NCBI GenBank assembly: GCA_963782055.1
Contig: CAWAIF010000003.1
Location: 352,001 to 416,000 of the forward strand
Length of the DNA: 64,000 bases
DNA from: an uncultured delta proteobacterium
Lineage (GTDB): Bacteria; Myxococcota_A; Polyangia; Polyangiales; Polyangiaceae
Direction: 5' to 3'
The position numbers were made by a program, and so were the translations under genes. Under the pieces are notes generated by a model. That model was not told the origin of the DNA. It made no database searches and saw only the letters and a list, made by a program, of their open reading frames with translations. Every line of letters starts with the position of its first letter. Within the stretch, counting starts at the first letter, position 1. Shown piece by piece: positions 8,883-18,673 of this stretch.

Positions 8883-9821
8883 CTACTGCGCGACCTCGCT
8901 CATGTCGCGCGGGTAGATGACGGCGTACTTGGTCACCGACCCGTCCGTCGGCGGGACGAACAGCCCGAAGACGCCCGTCACCGAGGTGAACTTGGTCTTC
9001 TGCCCCTGCGTGAGACCGGTGAAGACGCCGCTCGGCAGGAAGTAGGGGCTCAGGCTGACGATGTTGTTGCTGCCGCCGCCGTCGTAGAAGGTGTTGCCCA
9101 GGCCGAAGATCTGCCCCGGCGACTTGGGCGTGCCGGTGACCGAGTCGACCGTCACCAGCAGCGGGCCGATGGTGTCCTCGTACGCGCCCACGGTGAGGTC
9201 GGAGAGCTGCACGCCGGTGATGGGCGTCGCCGTGCCGCTGCCCGTGGTCTTCATGCAGCCCGGGTTGACCTCGTTGACGAAGAGCATCAGCTCGTTCTGG
9301 CCGCCCTGCGTGTTGCGCTGCGCCCAGGCGAGCACGTCCACCTGGTCGTCGACGGCGACGCTCGTGAAGTACTTCGCGGTGTTCTTGGAGACGAAGACCT
9401 GGATGCCGTGCTGGGCGCCGTCCTTCAACGTGGCGTAGGTGAGGTCCTGCTGCAGGTAGAGCAGGCACTCGGTCCCCGCGACGCAGCCGCCCTTGGAGAT
9501 GGCCGTCACGTAGACGCCGCTGATCCACACCTCGGTGAGCTTGCTGGGGTCGTCCGTCCAGACGTCGGGGATGGTCCTGGTGGCGGCCGACTGCGGCTGG
9601 GTGTTGCAGTCCGGCCACTGAAAGCCCGAGGCGTCGGTCGGCGCGGCGTCCTTGCCGGCGTCCACCGGCCCGGCGTCGGGCGGCGCGGCCTCCGGCGCGA
9701 CGGAGTCCGGCGTGCCGCTGTCCTCCGGCAGCGTGATGGCGACGCCGTTTTCGCCGCACGCCCCCGCGCCGGCAATCAGCAGACCACAAACCCCGAAGCC
9801 AAGTGCCCAAGCCGGTCGCAT
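8883..9821 (-). CDS. Lipoprotein, possibly with OB-fold-like domains
   Basis: MRPAWALG...AGA-C lipobox, DAG-rich linker, beta-rich domains (VYVTAISK, FTSVTGVFG). Confidence 0.7.
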   Translation of the reverse strand: MRPAWALGFGVCGLLIAGAGACGENGVAITLPEDSGTPDSVAPEAAPPDAGPVDAGKDAAPTDASGFQWPDCNTQPQSAATRTIPDVWTDDPSKLTEVWISGVYVTAISKGGCVAGTECLLYLQQDLTYATLKDGAQHGIQVFVSKNTAKYFTSVAVDDQVDVLAWAQRNTQGGQNELMLFVNEVNPGCMKTTGSGTATPITGVQLSDLTVGAYEDTIGPLLVTVDSVTGTPKSPGQIFGLGNTFYDGGGSNNIVSLSPYFLPSGVFTGLTQGQKTKFTSVTGVFGLFVPPTDGSVTKYAVIYPRDMSEVAQ

Positions 9822-9959
9822 CGGCGGGCGATGTAGCACATGGCTGGGGTGGACGCCCGCCGGGAAGGGGCACGGGCAGGGCGACGAAGCGCGGGGCGGG
9901 GACAGGGGCCTTGCTGGGGGCCCAAGAACCATGGGAAAAGGCGGGTCCCAGGAGGAACC

Positions 9960-11093
9960 ATGGGACGCTCTCCCGGCATCGCCGCCTTCGTGCTCGCCCT
10001 CGCCGCCGCTTGTGGCGGGGCCGCCTCGCAAGAGACCACCGTGGCACCCGCACCGAGCGCGGCGCCCTCCGCCACCGCCCCGGGGGCCACGGCGTCGGCC
10101 TCCGCGACCCCGGCGCCCAGCGCCTCCGCCGCCACCCCGCCGAAGCCGGCCAAGTCCGCCGCGTGCGTCGCCCTGGACGCCGAGCGCGCGCCCGTCGTCG
10201 CGCGCATGCGCGCCATGGCCGAGTCGAAGGACCCGCTCAGCCGCGCCGCCGCCATGGGCGACGACGTCCGCACGGCCTTCGCCGAGTGCAAGGAGACGAA
10301 GTCGGGCGGCGCGTGGGGCCTCGGGATCAAGGACCTGACGGAGGACGAGGTGCTCCACGGGTTCCAGGCGCGCGCGGTCGCCTGGCACGTGGACGACAAG
10401 GGCGCGAAGACGTCCTTCGTCCTTCCGTCCCTCCTCAAGCGCCTGGGCGACAAGAGCTTCCAGAGCCACGACAACGACCGCGTCGTCTTCGACGCCCTCA
10501 CCACCTTCGATTTCGACGGCGACGGCGAGGAGGAGCTCATCGTCGCCGGTCACGACCAGACGAAGGAGGGCCCGCGCGAGCCCATCAGCTACATCGTCAC
10601 CGTGAAGAACGGGAAGGCGACCGCCTACGCGCCGGCGGCGGGCATCCTCTTCTTCCGGACCGAGGACATCGATCACGACGGCCGCCCCGACCTGGTCACC
10701 TACGGGCCGTACCGGGCCCACACGGGTGCGCGCTGCAACGACGCGCCCACCGCCTTCAACGGCCCGGCGATGCTCGCCCACTCCCTCACCGACGGCACCT
10801 TCTCGCTGACCGACGGCGTGGCCATCGGCTTCGCCAAGCAGGCGTGCGACCACGCGGGCTTCACCGTCGCCCGCGATGATCAGAAGAACGTCGACGACGA
10901 GCAGACGCTGGTCAACATCGCGTGCGCGCGGCTCTGGGGGATGAGCGCCTCGCAGGCGGTCACGGAGGTCGCCAAGAACTGCCGCGTCCTCACCGGCGAC
11001 GCTGCCTGCAAGGAGACCGCGCTGCAGTACTGCGTGTACCCCAAGGAGATGAAGGCGTGGGCGAAGGTCAACCCGCCGCTCCGCCTGAAGTAG
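9960..11093 (+). CDS. Lipoprotein with DxDGDG (FG-GAP-like) motifs
   Basis: GGAGG RBS; LAAA-C lipobox; Pro/Ala/Ser linker; DFDGDGEEE and DIDHDGRPD. Confidence 0.8.
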   Translation: MGRSPGIAAFVLALAAACGGAASQETTVAPAPSAAPSATAPGATASASATPAPSASAATPPKPAKSAACVALDAERAPVVARMRAMAESKDPLSRAAAMGDDVRTAFAECKETKSGGAWGLGIKDLTEDEVLHGFQARAVAWHVDDKGAKTSFVLPSLLKRLGDKSFQSHDNDRVVFDALTTFDFDGDGEEELIVAGHDQTKEGPREPISYIVTVKNGKATAYAPAAGILFFRTEDIDHDGRPDLVTYGPYRAHTGARCNDAPTAFNGPAMLAHSLTDGTFSLTDGVAIGFAKQACDHAGFTVARDDQKNVDDEQTLVNIACARLWGMSASQAVTEVAKNCRVLTGDAACKETALQYCVYPKEMKAWAKVNPPLRLK

Positions 11094-11100
11094 GCGCGTC

Positions 11101-11838
11101 GTGACGCGCAGCATCGCGGAGCACTACGAGCTCCACCTCGCCGAGCACTACTCCTGGCTCTTCGGCGGCCTGCCCGGTCGCGTCGCGGAGAACCGCGCCC
11201 TCTTCGAGAGGCTGGGCCTGCACCCCGCGGGCGGCAAGAAGGCGCTGGACGTCGGCTCCGGGTCCGGCTTCCAGACGCTGCCGCTGGCGCAGATGGGCTA
11301 CGAGGTGACCGCGGTCGACCTGAGCAAGCTCCTGCTCGAGGAGCTCGCCTCCCACGCGCAGGGCCTCGCCGTCACCACCGTCCACGACGACATCCTGCGG
11401 TGGATCGAGACCGCGCCGAAGGACTTCGAGCTCGCGGTGTGCATGGGCGACACGCTCACGCACCTGGTCCAGTTCGGCGACGTGCAGCGCCTGCTGCGGG
11501 AGGTTCACCGCGTGCTCGTCCCCGGCGGCAGGTTCGTCCTCGCCTTCCGCGACTACACCCACGCCCTGCAGGGCGCCGACCGCTTCATCCCGGTGCGCGG
11601 CGACGAGCACATCCTGTTCTCTTGCTTCCTCGAGTACGAGGGCGATCACGTTCGCGTCTACGACATCCTGCAGCAGCGCGACGGCGACGCGGGCTGGACG
11701 ATGAAGGTGAGCGCGTACCGGAAGCTGCGCATCGCCCGCGGGTGGGTGGAGAAGCGCGCGGCGGAGGTGGGGTTCGAGGTGCGCTCGAGCGGGGACGAGC
11801 AGGGGATGGTGATGCTCGTGTTGAAGAAGAAGGATTGA
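11101..11838 (+). CDS. Class I SAM-dependent methyltransferase
   Basis: ALDVGSGSG, VTAVDLS, CMGDTLTH, LVPGG. Confidence 0.92.
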   Translation: MTRSIAEHYELHLAEHYSWLFGGLPGRVAENRALFERLGLHPAGGKKALDVGSGSGFQTLPLAQMGYEVTAVDLSKLLLEELASHAQGLAVTTVHDDILRWIETAPKDFELAVCMGDTLTHLVQFGDVQRLLREVHRVLVPGGRFVLAFRDYTHALQGADRFIPVRGDEHILFSCFLEYEGDHVRVYDILQQRDGDAGWTMKVSAYRKLRIARGWVEKRAAEVGFEVRSSGDEQGMVMLVLKKKD

Positions 11839-11848
11839 GAGAGGAGGA

Positions 11849-12015
11849 GGGGGGCCCCTCCTGGGTTCGTGCTCCGGCTCATGCTCGCGTGCTCGGCCGC
11901 GACGCGCGTGCACGAACGCCGCGCCGCTCGCGGCCTGCGCGCGCTGCGCGTGAGCCGTGCGCGCGAACCCTCCTCCCCTCGGCCATCGCTCCGCTCGGCC
12001 GGGGAGGAGGGTGCT
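11849..12015 (+). repeat. Dispersed ~170-bp intergenic repeat, copy B
   Basis: Long identical blocks with the reverse complement of 24830-25004, e.g. GTGCTCCGGCTCATGCTCGCGTGCTCGGCCGCGACG and CTCGCGGCCTGCGCGCGCTGCGCGTGAGCCGTGCGCGCGA; CCTCCTCCCC/GGGGAGGAGG stem. Confidence 0.9.
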
Positions 12016-12043
12016 CCATCCTGCGCCGGCCTCGGCGAGAGGG

Positions 12044-13090
12044 TTACAGGACCCCCCGGCGCTGCTGGTCGCGCTCGATCGACCGGAACAGCGCCCCGAA
12101 GTTCCCCTCGCCGAACGCCAGGTGGTTCCGGCGCTGGATGATCTCGATGAAGATCGGTCCGATGAGGTTCCTGGTGAAGATCTGCAGCAGGTAGCCGTCC
12201 TCGTCGCCGTCGACGAGCACGTTGCGCCGGGCGATCTCCGCGTGGTCCTCCCTCACGTTGGGCACGCGACCGAAGACCTCGCCGTAGTAGCCGTCCTCGA
12301 TGTCCAGGAAGGAGACGGGCGTGCCCTCCAGCTTCGCCAGCGAGCCGAGGATGTCGTCCGTCAGGAACGCGAGGTGCTGGATGCCCGGGCCGCGGTACTC
12401 CTCGATGTACTCGTTGATCTGGCTCCGCTTCTCCTCCGCCTCGTTGATGGGGATGCAGAACCTCCCGCACGGCGAGCGCAGCGCGTAGGACGTCAGGCCC
12501 GTCTTGACGCCGCGGATGTCGAAGTAGCGCACCTCGGTGAAGCCGAAGACGTCCTTGTAGAAGCTCGCCCACTCCGCCATCGTCCCCTTCTCGACGTTGT
12601 TGGTCAGGTGGTCGATGACGGTGAAGCCCTTGGGCTCCACGCGGTCCGGGTTGTCCAGCGGCACGAAGCCGAGCCGCGCGTAGCGCATGGCGTCGCCGGC
12701 GTCGTCGACGAAGTAGATGAGGCTCTCGCCGATGCCGAAGATCGCCGGCACCCGCGCCTTGCCGCGAAGCAGGTCCCCGCTCGCCGCGCGCGCGCCGCGC
12801 GAGACGGCCTCCTCCATCGCGCGGGTGCCCGTGTGCGTGGTGCGCCAGCCCATGGAGCAGATGCTCGGGCCGTGGCGACGCCGGAAGTCGTCGGCGAAGC
12901 TCCCGGGCTCGCGGCTCAGCAGGAAGCGAATGTCGTTCTGCTCGTAGAGGTCGATCGCCTTGCGCCCGTGGCGCGCCACGCGCGAGAAGCCGAACGCCAG
13001 AAAGAGGCGGTGCAGCGCGTCGGGGTCGGGCGACGCGAACTCCACGAACTCGATGCCGTCCAGGCCGACCGGGTTGATGGGGGTGCTCAT
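12044..13090 (-). CDS. hppD: 4-hydroxyphenylpyruvate dioxygenase
   Basis: GIEFVEFA, IDHLTNNV, SQINEY, GIQHLA, LLQIFT, FIEIIQR, FGEGNFGALFRSIERDQ. Confidence 0.97.
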   Translation of the reverse strand: MSTPINPVGLDGIEFVEFASPDPDALHRLFLAFGFSRVARHGRKAIDLYEQNDIRFLLSREPGSFADDFRRRHGPSICSMGWRTTHTGTRAMEEAVSRGARAASGDLLRGKARVPAIFGIGESLIYFVDDAGDAMRYARLGFVPLDNPDRVEPKGFTVIDHLTNNVEKGTMAEWASFYKDVFGFTEVRYFDIRGVKTGLTSYALRSPCGRFCIPINEAEEKRSQINEYIEEYRGPGIQHLAFLTDDILGSLAKLEGTPVSFLDIEDGYYGEVFGRVPNVREDHAEIARRNVLVDGDEDGYLLQIFTRNLIGPIFIEIIQRRNHLAFGEGNFGALFRSIERDQQRRGVL

Positions 13091-13091
13091 C

Positions 13092-14216
13092 TCAGCGCTT
13101 CTCCTTCTTCGTCTGCCAGCTCTTCCAGTAGTCCTGCAGCTCCACCCCGGCGGCCTCGGCGGTCGGGCGAAGCGGGCGTCGCGTGTCCACCATCACCGCG
13201 ACCTCCTCGGTGCGCGCCGCCCCCCGCGCGCGCTCCTGCGCGCCTCCCTGCGGGCCGTGGTGGATGCCCTGCGGGTGGAAGGTGAGCATGCCGGGGCGGA
13301 TGCCCTCGCGGCTGAAGAACTGGCCGGAGTGGTAGAAGAGCACCTCGTCGAAGTCGATGTTGGAGTGGTAGAAGGGCACCTTCATCGCCACCGGATCGCC
13401 GTTCTCCAGCGGGCGCGGGGCGAAGGTGCAGATCACCACACCCTCGGCGAGGTAGGTCGTGTGGGCCGAGGGCGGCAGGTGGTAGCGGTCGCTGGAGACC
13501 GGGCGGATGTCGCGCACGTTGAGCTGCGTCGGCGCGAGGGTGCCCTTCCAGCCGACGGTGTCGATGGGGCTGTGCGGGTAGAAGACGCGCGTCAGCTCCC
13601 CCTCCCGCTGGACGCGCAGCTCGTACTCGCCGTCGGCGTTGGGGCTCGCGGTGGAGTCCTCCCCCGGCGTGGGGACGCGGATCACCGCAGGGTCGAAGAG
13701 GGCGTGCTGCCCGAGCATGCCGCGGTCGGGCACACCGAGCTCGCCCGTCGCCTCCACGATCAGCGCGCGCGTGGGGCTGGTCGGCGCGAGCCGGTACACC
13801 GTGCCGCGCGGGACGAGCAGGTAGTCCCCCGCCTCGTAGGCGAGCGGGCCGAAGTCGGTCTCCATCCGTCCGGCGCCGGCGTGGACGAAGAGCAGCTCGT
13901 CGGCGTCGGCGTTGCGGAAGAAGTACGGCGCGGGCGCGCGCAGGTCGGCGACGTGGAGGCGCACGTCGGCGTTGTGCAGCAGGCACCGGCGCGCGGCGAG
14001 CCAGTCACCTTCGCCCGGCTCGAGGCGGTTGGCGTCGTAGGCGCGCGGGCGCAGCGGCCCCTCGATGCGTGTCCAGCCGACGGGCGCGTGCTTGCGGTAC
14101 AGGTGCGCGTAGCGCCCGAAGAAGCCGCCGCGCGCGTACTCCTCTTCCACGGTGCCCTCGGGCACCCCGACGTGCGCCTGCGCGGCGACGCGACCACGGA
14201 CGTAAGGGATCTGCAT
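13092..14216 (-). CDS. hmgA: Homogentisate 1,2-dioxygenase
   Basis: FFRNADADEL, VGWKG, HLPPSAH, VPFYHSNIDFDEV, HPQGIHHGP; AGGAGG RBS; adjacent to hppD. Confidence 0.95.
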   Translation of the reverse strand: MQIPYVRGRVAAQAHVGVPEGTVEEEYARGGFFGRYAHLYRKHAPVGWTRIEGPLRPRAYDANRLEPGEGDWLAARRCLLHNADVRLHVADLRAPAPYFFRNADADELLFVHAGAGRMETDFGPLAYEAGDYLLVPRGTVYRLAPTSPTRALIVEATGELGVPDRGMLGQHALFDPAVIRVPTPGEDSTASPNADGEYELRVQREGELTRVFYPHSPIDTVGWKGTLAPTQLNVRDIRPVSSDRYHLPPSAHTTYLAEGVVICTFAPRPLENGDPVAMKVPFYHSNIDFDEVLFYHSGQFFSREGIRPGMLTFHPQGIHHGPQGGAQERARGAARTEEVAVMVDTRRPLRPTAEAAGVELQDYWKSWQTKKEKR

Positions 14217-14279
14217 CTCCGGTCCTCCTGACGGCTCGACGTGTCGAGTCTGAGGGCGGGCCCGCGTGAAAAACAGAAC

Positions 14280-14313
14280 ATAGATTGGCGATAGATTGTC
14301 CAATTATTGAACA
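14280..14313. promoter_or_regulatory. Putative LysR operator in the divergent hmgA/LysR promoter
   Basis: AT-rich patch; imperfect dyad TGTCCAATTATTGAACA (14297-14313) containing T-N11-A; direct repeat ATAGATTG x2. Confidence 0.6.
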
Positions 14314-14329
14314 AAGCTAGGATGCCTTC

Positions 14330-15214
14330 GTGAGCATCACCCTCGATCAGGCGCGCGCCCTCGACGCGCTGGACCGCGGCGGCACCTTCGAGCGCGCCGC
14401 CGCCGCCCTGCACAAGGGCCACACCGCGGTGCTCTACGCCCTGCGCACCATGGAGGAGCAGCTCGGCCTGACCCTGCTCGACCGCCGCGGCTACCGGACG
14501 AAGCTGACGCCGGAGGGGCAGCGCGTCCTGGAGCACGCGCGCAAGCTGCTCGACGCCGAGCGCGCGCTGGAGGACGCGTGCACCGAGATCAAGCAGGGCT
14601 GGGAGCCGCGGCTGCGCCTGGTGTTCGACGGCATCTTCCCGACGCACCCCATCCTGCGCGTGGTGGAGGAGATGGCGCGCGCCGGCGCGAAGACGCGCAT
14701 CGACGTGTCCACCGGGTTCCTCGCCGGCGTGGAGGAGACCTTCCGGCAGGAGGACGCCGAGTTGATGATCAGCGTGCTGCCGCCCGCCGCAGCCGACCTG
14801 CGGGCGGTGCGTCTCGCCCCCATCCGCGCCGTGCTCGTCGCCCACCGCGGGCACCCGCTCGTCGCCGGGGACCGCGAGCTCACGGCGGAGCAGCTCGCCG
14901 CCCACATGCTCATCACCGTGCGCGGGTCGGACCCGCGGCTGCAGCTCAGCACCGCGGGCATCGAGCCGCCCATCGCCGTGCGGTTGAACGACTTCCAGGC
15001 GAAGAAGGCCGCCATCCTGAGCGGGCTGGGCTTCGGGTGGATGCCGGAGTACCTGGTGGCGGCGGAGCTCCGGCGCGGCGTGCTCCGGCGCGTGCGCTGG
15101 CGCGCGGCGAGCGTGCACGTCTTCGAGCCGCGCCTCTACCACCGCACGGGCGCGCGCCTGGGCCGCGCCGCGCAGCTCGTGGTGCAGCGCCTGCGAGAGG
15201 ACGCGAAGCGGTGA
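14330..15214 (+). CDS. LysR-family transcriptional regulator
   Basis: N-terminal HTH (GTFERAAAALHK...LEEQLG-like, LLDR..YRTKLTPEG); LTTR substrate domain; divergent from hmgA. Confidence 0.95.
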   Translation: MSITLDQARALDALDRGGTFERAAAALHKGHTAVLYALRTMEEQLGLTLLDRRGYRTKLTPEGQRVLEHARKLLDAERALEDACTEIKQGWEPRLRLVFDGIFPTHPILRVVEEMARAGAKTRIDVSTGFLAGVEETFRQEDAELMISVLPPAAADLRAVRLAPIRAVLVAHRGHPLVAGDRELTAEQLAAHMLITVRGSDPRLQLSTAGIEPPIAVRLNDFQAKKAAILSGLGFGWMPEYLVAAELRRGVLRRVRWRAASVHVFEPRLYHRTGARLGRAAQLVVQRLREDAKR

Positions 15215-15217
15215 CGC

Positions 15218-16661
15218 TCAGTGCAGCGCCGGCGGCGGCACCCAGCCGCCCAGCTCCTCCTCCAGCACCCGCGCCACCGCGATGCTCACCGCGTCCTGCC
15301 CGCGGCGCGTGGCGACCTGCACGCCGAGGGGGATGCCCTTGCGGTCCAGCCCGGTCGGCACCTGCGTCACCGGCATCTCCAGCGCGTTGAAGATTGCAGT
15401 ATACATCCACTGGATGGGGAACAGGATGGGCGTGTGGTGGCGCGGCGCGGTGCGCGTGTACGGCGCGAAGAGCAGCACGCCGCGGGGGCCGAGGGCGTCG
15501 TCGATCTCGGCGTAGAGGCGGTCGGCGGTGCGCTGGGCGCGCGCCGGATCGCTCGCGCCGACCAGGCCGGGCGCGCTCTCCAGCAGCGCCAGGCCGATGG
15601 CCGGCAGGGTGTGGTCGGAGCGCCGGGCGATCCATCGCGCGAGCTCACGCCCCGGCGAGAGCGGGCTGCCGTCGCCCATCAGCTCGGCGAAGCTGGGGCC
15701 GCCGGCGGCGCTCATCAGCGCCGACCAGACCTGCAGCGAGGCCTTGAAGCGCGGGCTCGTCCAGCGGCGCACGCGGGCCCCGCGGCGCGCGAGGGCCGCG
15801 ACGCAGCGCTCCTGCGCGTCGCGGAGCTCCGTCGAGACGCGCAGGCGCCCGTTGTCCGGCACGTCCAGCACCGTGAGGTCGGCGACGCGCACCTCGTCCG
15901 GGTCGCCGCGCAGGGGCACGTCGCACGCCTCGTCCTCGCCGTCCGGCCCGGCGATCACGCGCAGCAGCGGCCAGAGGTCCTCCGCGCGCCGGGCGAGCGG
16001 GCCGGTGGTGAGGTAGCGGCGCGCCTTGCCGTGCGAGGTGGGAAACTGCCCGGTGCAGGGCACCAGTCCGCCCGTCGGCTTGTGCCCGAAGACGCCGTTG
16101 AAGAAGGCCGGCATGCGGATGGATCCGCCCACGTCCGACCCGAGGCCGAAGGGCGAGGCGCCCGCCCCGATGATCGCGCCCTCGCCGCCGGAGCTGCCGC
16201 CCACGATGCGGCGCGGGTCGTACGGGTTGTTGGTGCGCCCGTAGACCACGTTGCTGGACTCCATCCACATGCAGAGCTCGGAGACGTTGGTCACGCCGAG
16301 GGGGATCGCGCCCGCGGCGCGCAGGCGCGCGACGGTGGTGGCGTCGAAGGAGCAGCGCTGCCCGGCGCGCGAGCGCAGGCCGGCGGTGCGCGGCATGCCG
16401 GAGAGGGCGAAGCACTCCTTGATGGTGCACGGCACCCCGGAGAAGGGCCCCTCGGGCTCCTCCCCGCGGGCGAGGCGGGCATCGGCCGCCCGCGCCTCGT
16501 CCATCGCCGCGGCGAAGCGGTCGGCGACCACCGCGTTGAGGGTGGGGTTGACCGCGCGGACGCGCTCGATGTGCGCGGCGACGACGCGCTCGCTCGTCAC
16601 CTCGCGCGCGCGGATGCGCGCCGCCAGTCGTACGCCCGACTCGTACAGGAGAGGAATCCAT
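15218..16661 (-). CDS. Amidase-signature family protein (FAAH-like); apparent +1 frameshift near the start, intact ORF from 16600
   Basis: GVPCTIKE, GGSSGGEG, GSDVGGSIRMPA; N-terminal PLLYESGVRLAARIRAREVTS joins ATG 16661 if one base is removed. Confidence 0.93.
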
Positions 16662-16667
16662 CGGCCT

Positions 16668-17189
16668 CTACCCCGGCGCGAAGACCGCCCGGAAGCGTAC
16701 CGTCACCGCGTCCTTGAGCTTGATGGCGCCCATCGGCACGCGCGGCTTGCCGGTGCCGAGCTTCGCGAGGGACAGCTCGCAGCTGCCGGTGACGATCTTG
16801 CGGCCGTCCTCCTCGGCCACCGCCACGCCGGGCGTGACCGACTGGGTGCCCTTCGGGCCGGTGATCTCGATGCGTGCCTGGCCGCCGTCCAGGCTGGCGC
16901 GCACCTCCACGTGATCCACGCCGGAGAACACCTCGTCCCGGATGCGCCCCTCGATGTCGCGCGCGTCGGACGAGGAGGGCGGGTGCCACTCGCTCTTTCC
17001 GTGCCGGCGCGACTCGACGACCTTCATCGCGGAGACCGGGAAGCGCACCACGGCGGAGGCGCCGTCCTCGCTCGAGCCGGCGGCGCCGGGGGCGGCGACG
17101 TGCAGATCGTGGGCGAGCGCGGAGAGCAGGCCGTCGGCGATGGTCTCGACGAGGATCTCGCTCCGCTCGGCGTCGTAGACGAGCGTCAT
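16668..17189 (-). CDS. YceI-like protein
   Basis: GLLSALAHDL, IKLKDAVTVRF; beta-barrel-like pattern; ATGA overlap with yhbY. Confidence 0.7.
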   Translation of the reverse strand: MTLVYDAERSEILVETIADGLLSALAHDLHVAAPGAAGSSEDGASAVVRFPVSAMKVVESRRHGKSEWHPPSSSDARDIEGRIRDEVFSGVDHVEVRASLDGGQARIEITGPKGTQSVTPGVAVAEEDGRKIVTGSCELSLAKLGTGKPRVPMGAIKLKDAVTVRFRAVFAPG

Positions 17190-17539
17190 CCTGCCTTCTC
17201 CTCCGCGGGCGGCGAAGGCGGCTTCTTCGGCGGCGGGGTGTAGCCCTTGGGTACCTTGAGCTTCGGCTTCTTCGGGTGCGGCTTGTAGAGCAGCACGGTG
17301 CGGCCGATCACCTGCACCAGCTCCGCGCCGGTGCCGGCGGCGAGCGCCTCGCCCACCGCGCGCCGCTCCTCCGGCGCCTCCGGGAGCACCTTCACCTTGA
17401 TCAGCTCGTGGTCGAGCAGGGCCCGGGCGACCTGCGCGACGACCGGCGGCGTGATCCCGGCCTTGCCGACGTGAACGACGGGGGTGAGCGGGTGGCCGAG
17501 GGCGCGGAGGGATCGGGCGGCGGATCCGGTGAGGGGCAT
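17186..17539 (-). CDS. yhbY: YhbY/CRM-domain RNA-binding protein
   Basis: LRALGHPLTPVVHVGKAGIT, HELIKVKV, VQVIGRTVLLYK. Confidence 0.93.
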   Translation of the reverse strand: MPLTGSAARSLRALGHPLTPVVHVGKAGITPPVVAQVARALLDHELIKVKVLPEAPEERRAVGEALAAGTGAELVQVIGRTVLLYKPHPKKPKLKVPKGYTPPPKKPPSPPAEEKAG

Positions 17540-17683
17540 GGGGTGGGGGGTTATAGCAGCCCCTCCTGGCTCGTGCTCGGGCGCGTCCTCCCGCGGCGTG
17601 AGGCGGTGAGCATGCCGTGGGCGCGGACCGCGGTTCACCACCGGGCGCAGGATTCCGGGATGCTGGCGGCACTCGGAGGTATC

Positions 17684-17704
17684 GGTCATGCCCGAGGCAT
17701 GACC
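17684..17704. promoter_or_regulatory. Perfect 9-bp inverted repeat in divergent intergenic region
   Basis: GGTCATGCC-CGA-GGCATGACC between yhbY and the GNAT gene; function inferred. Confidence 0.45.
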
Positions 17705-17774
17705 TCCGGTCGCCCGCCGCGGGGTCAAGTAGAGCAAACACGTCAGACGCCGCGCCGCCCACCGTCCTCCACCC

Positions 17775-18617
17775 ATGAACCTGCACCATCACCCCACGGG
17801 CGCCGCGCTGCTGGAGCGCGCAGGCGACTTCCTCCGCCGGCGCGAGACGGTGCACGCCCTGCTGCTCACCCTCGCCGCGCGGGCGCCGGAGCCGGGAGCG
17901 GCGCCGTACTACCTCGCCACCGTGGAGGATGACGCGGGCGTCGCGCTGGTGGCGCTGCGGACGCCGCCGCACGGGGTGGTGCTGAGCGCGCTGCGGGAGG
18001 GCGCGCCGGACGCCGCGATCGACCTCGTCGTGGAGGACCTCGCGCGCCGCGGCGGCGGGCTGCCCGGCGCCTTCGGTCCGCTGGAGGTGGCCGTGGAGCT
18101 CTCGCGGCGCTGGGAGGCGGCGACCGGCGCACGCGCCCGCGTGCGGCTGCGGATGAGCGTCCTCGAGCTGGACCGCGTCATCGCGCCCGCGTGGCCGCCG
18201 GGGGAGCTGCGCCTCGCGACGGAGCGCGACCTCGACCTCCTGGTGCCGTGGAGCAACGCCTTCATCGACGAGTGCGGGCTGCCGGAGGAGGACCGCCGGA
18301 TGGCGACGCGCGCGGCGATCACGCGGCGGATCGGCAACGGCCTGTTCCGCGTCTGGTCGGTGGACGGCGTGGCGGTGACCATGGCGGTGGGGGGCTCCGG
18401 CTCGCCCGCGCGCGTCGGCTCGGTCTACACGCCGCCGGCGCTGCGACGGCGCGGCTACGCGTCGGCGTGCGTGGCGAAGCTGAGCCAGGAGCTGCTCGAC
18501 CGCGGCGCGGGCAAGGTGGTGCTGAGCGCCGACGCGGCGAACCCCACGTCGAACGAGATCTACGCGGCGATCGGCTTCCGGAAGGTGGGGGACGAGGCGA
18601 TGATCGCGTTCGGGTAG
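17775..18617 (+). CDS. GNAT-family N-acetyltransferase
   Basis: VGSVYTPPALRRRGYAS, NPTSNEIYAAIGF. Confidence 0.92.
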   Translation: MNLHHHPTGAALLERAGDFLRRRETVHALLLTLAARAPEPGAAPYYLATVEDDAGVALVALRTPPHGVVLSALREGAPDAAIDLVVEDLARRGGGLPGAFGPLEVAVELSRRWEAATGARARVRLRMSVLELDRVIAPAWPPGELRLATERDLDLLVPWSNAFIDECGLPEEDRRMATRAAITRRIGNGLFRVWSVDGVAVTMAVGGSGSPARVGSVYTPPALRRRGYASACVAKLSQELLDRGAGKVVLSADAANPTSNEIYAAIGFRKVGDEAMIAFG

Positions 18618-18673
18618 GGGGGCCACACGAGCGAGGCGCGGCGCGGGATCGCGACGAGGTATCCTCCGACGCG

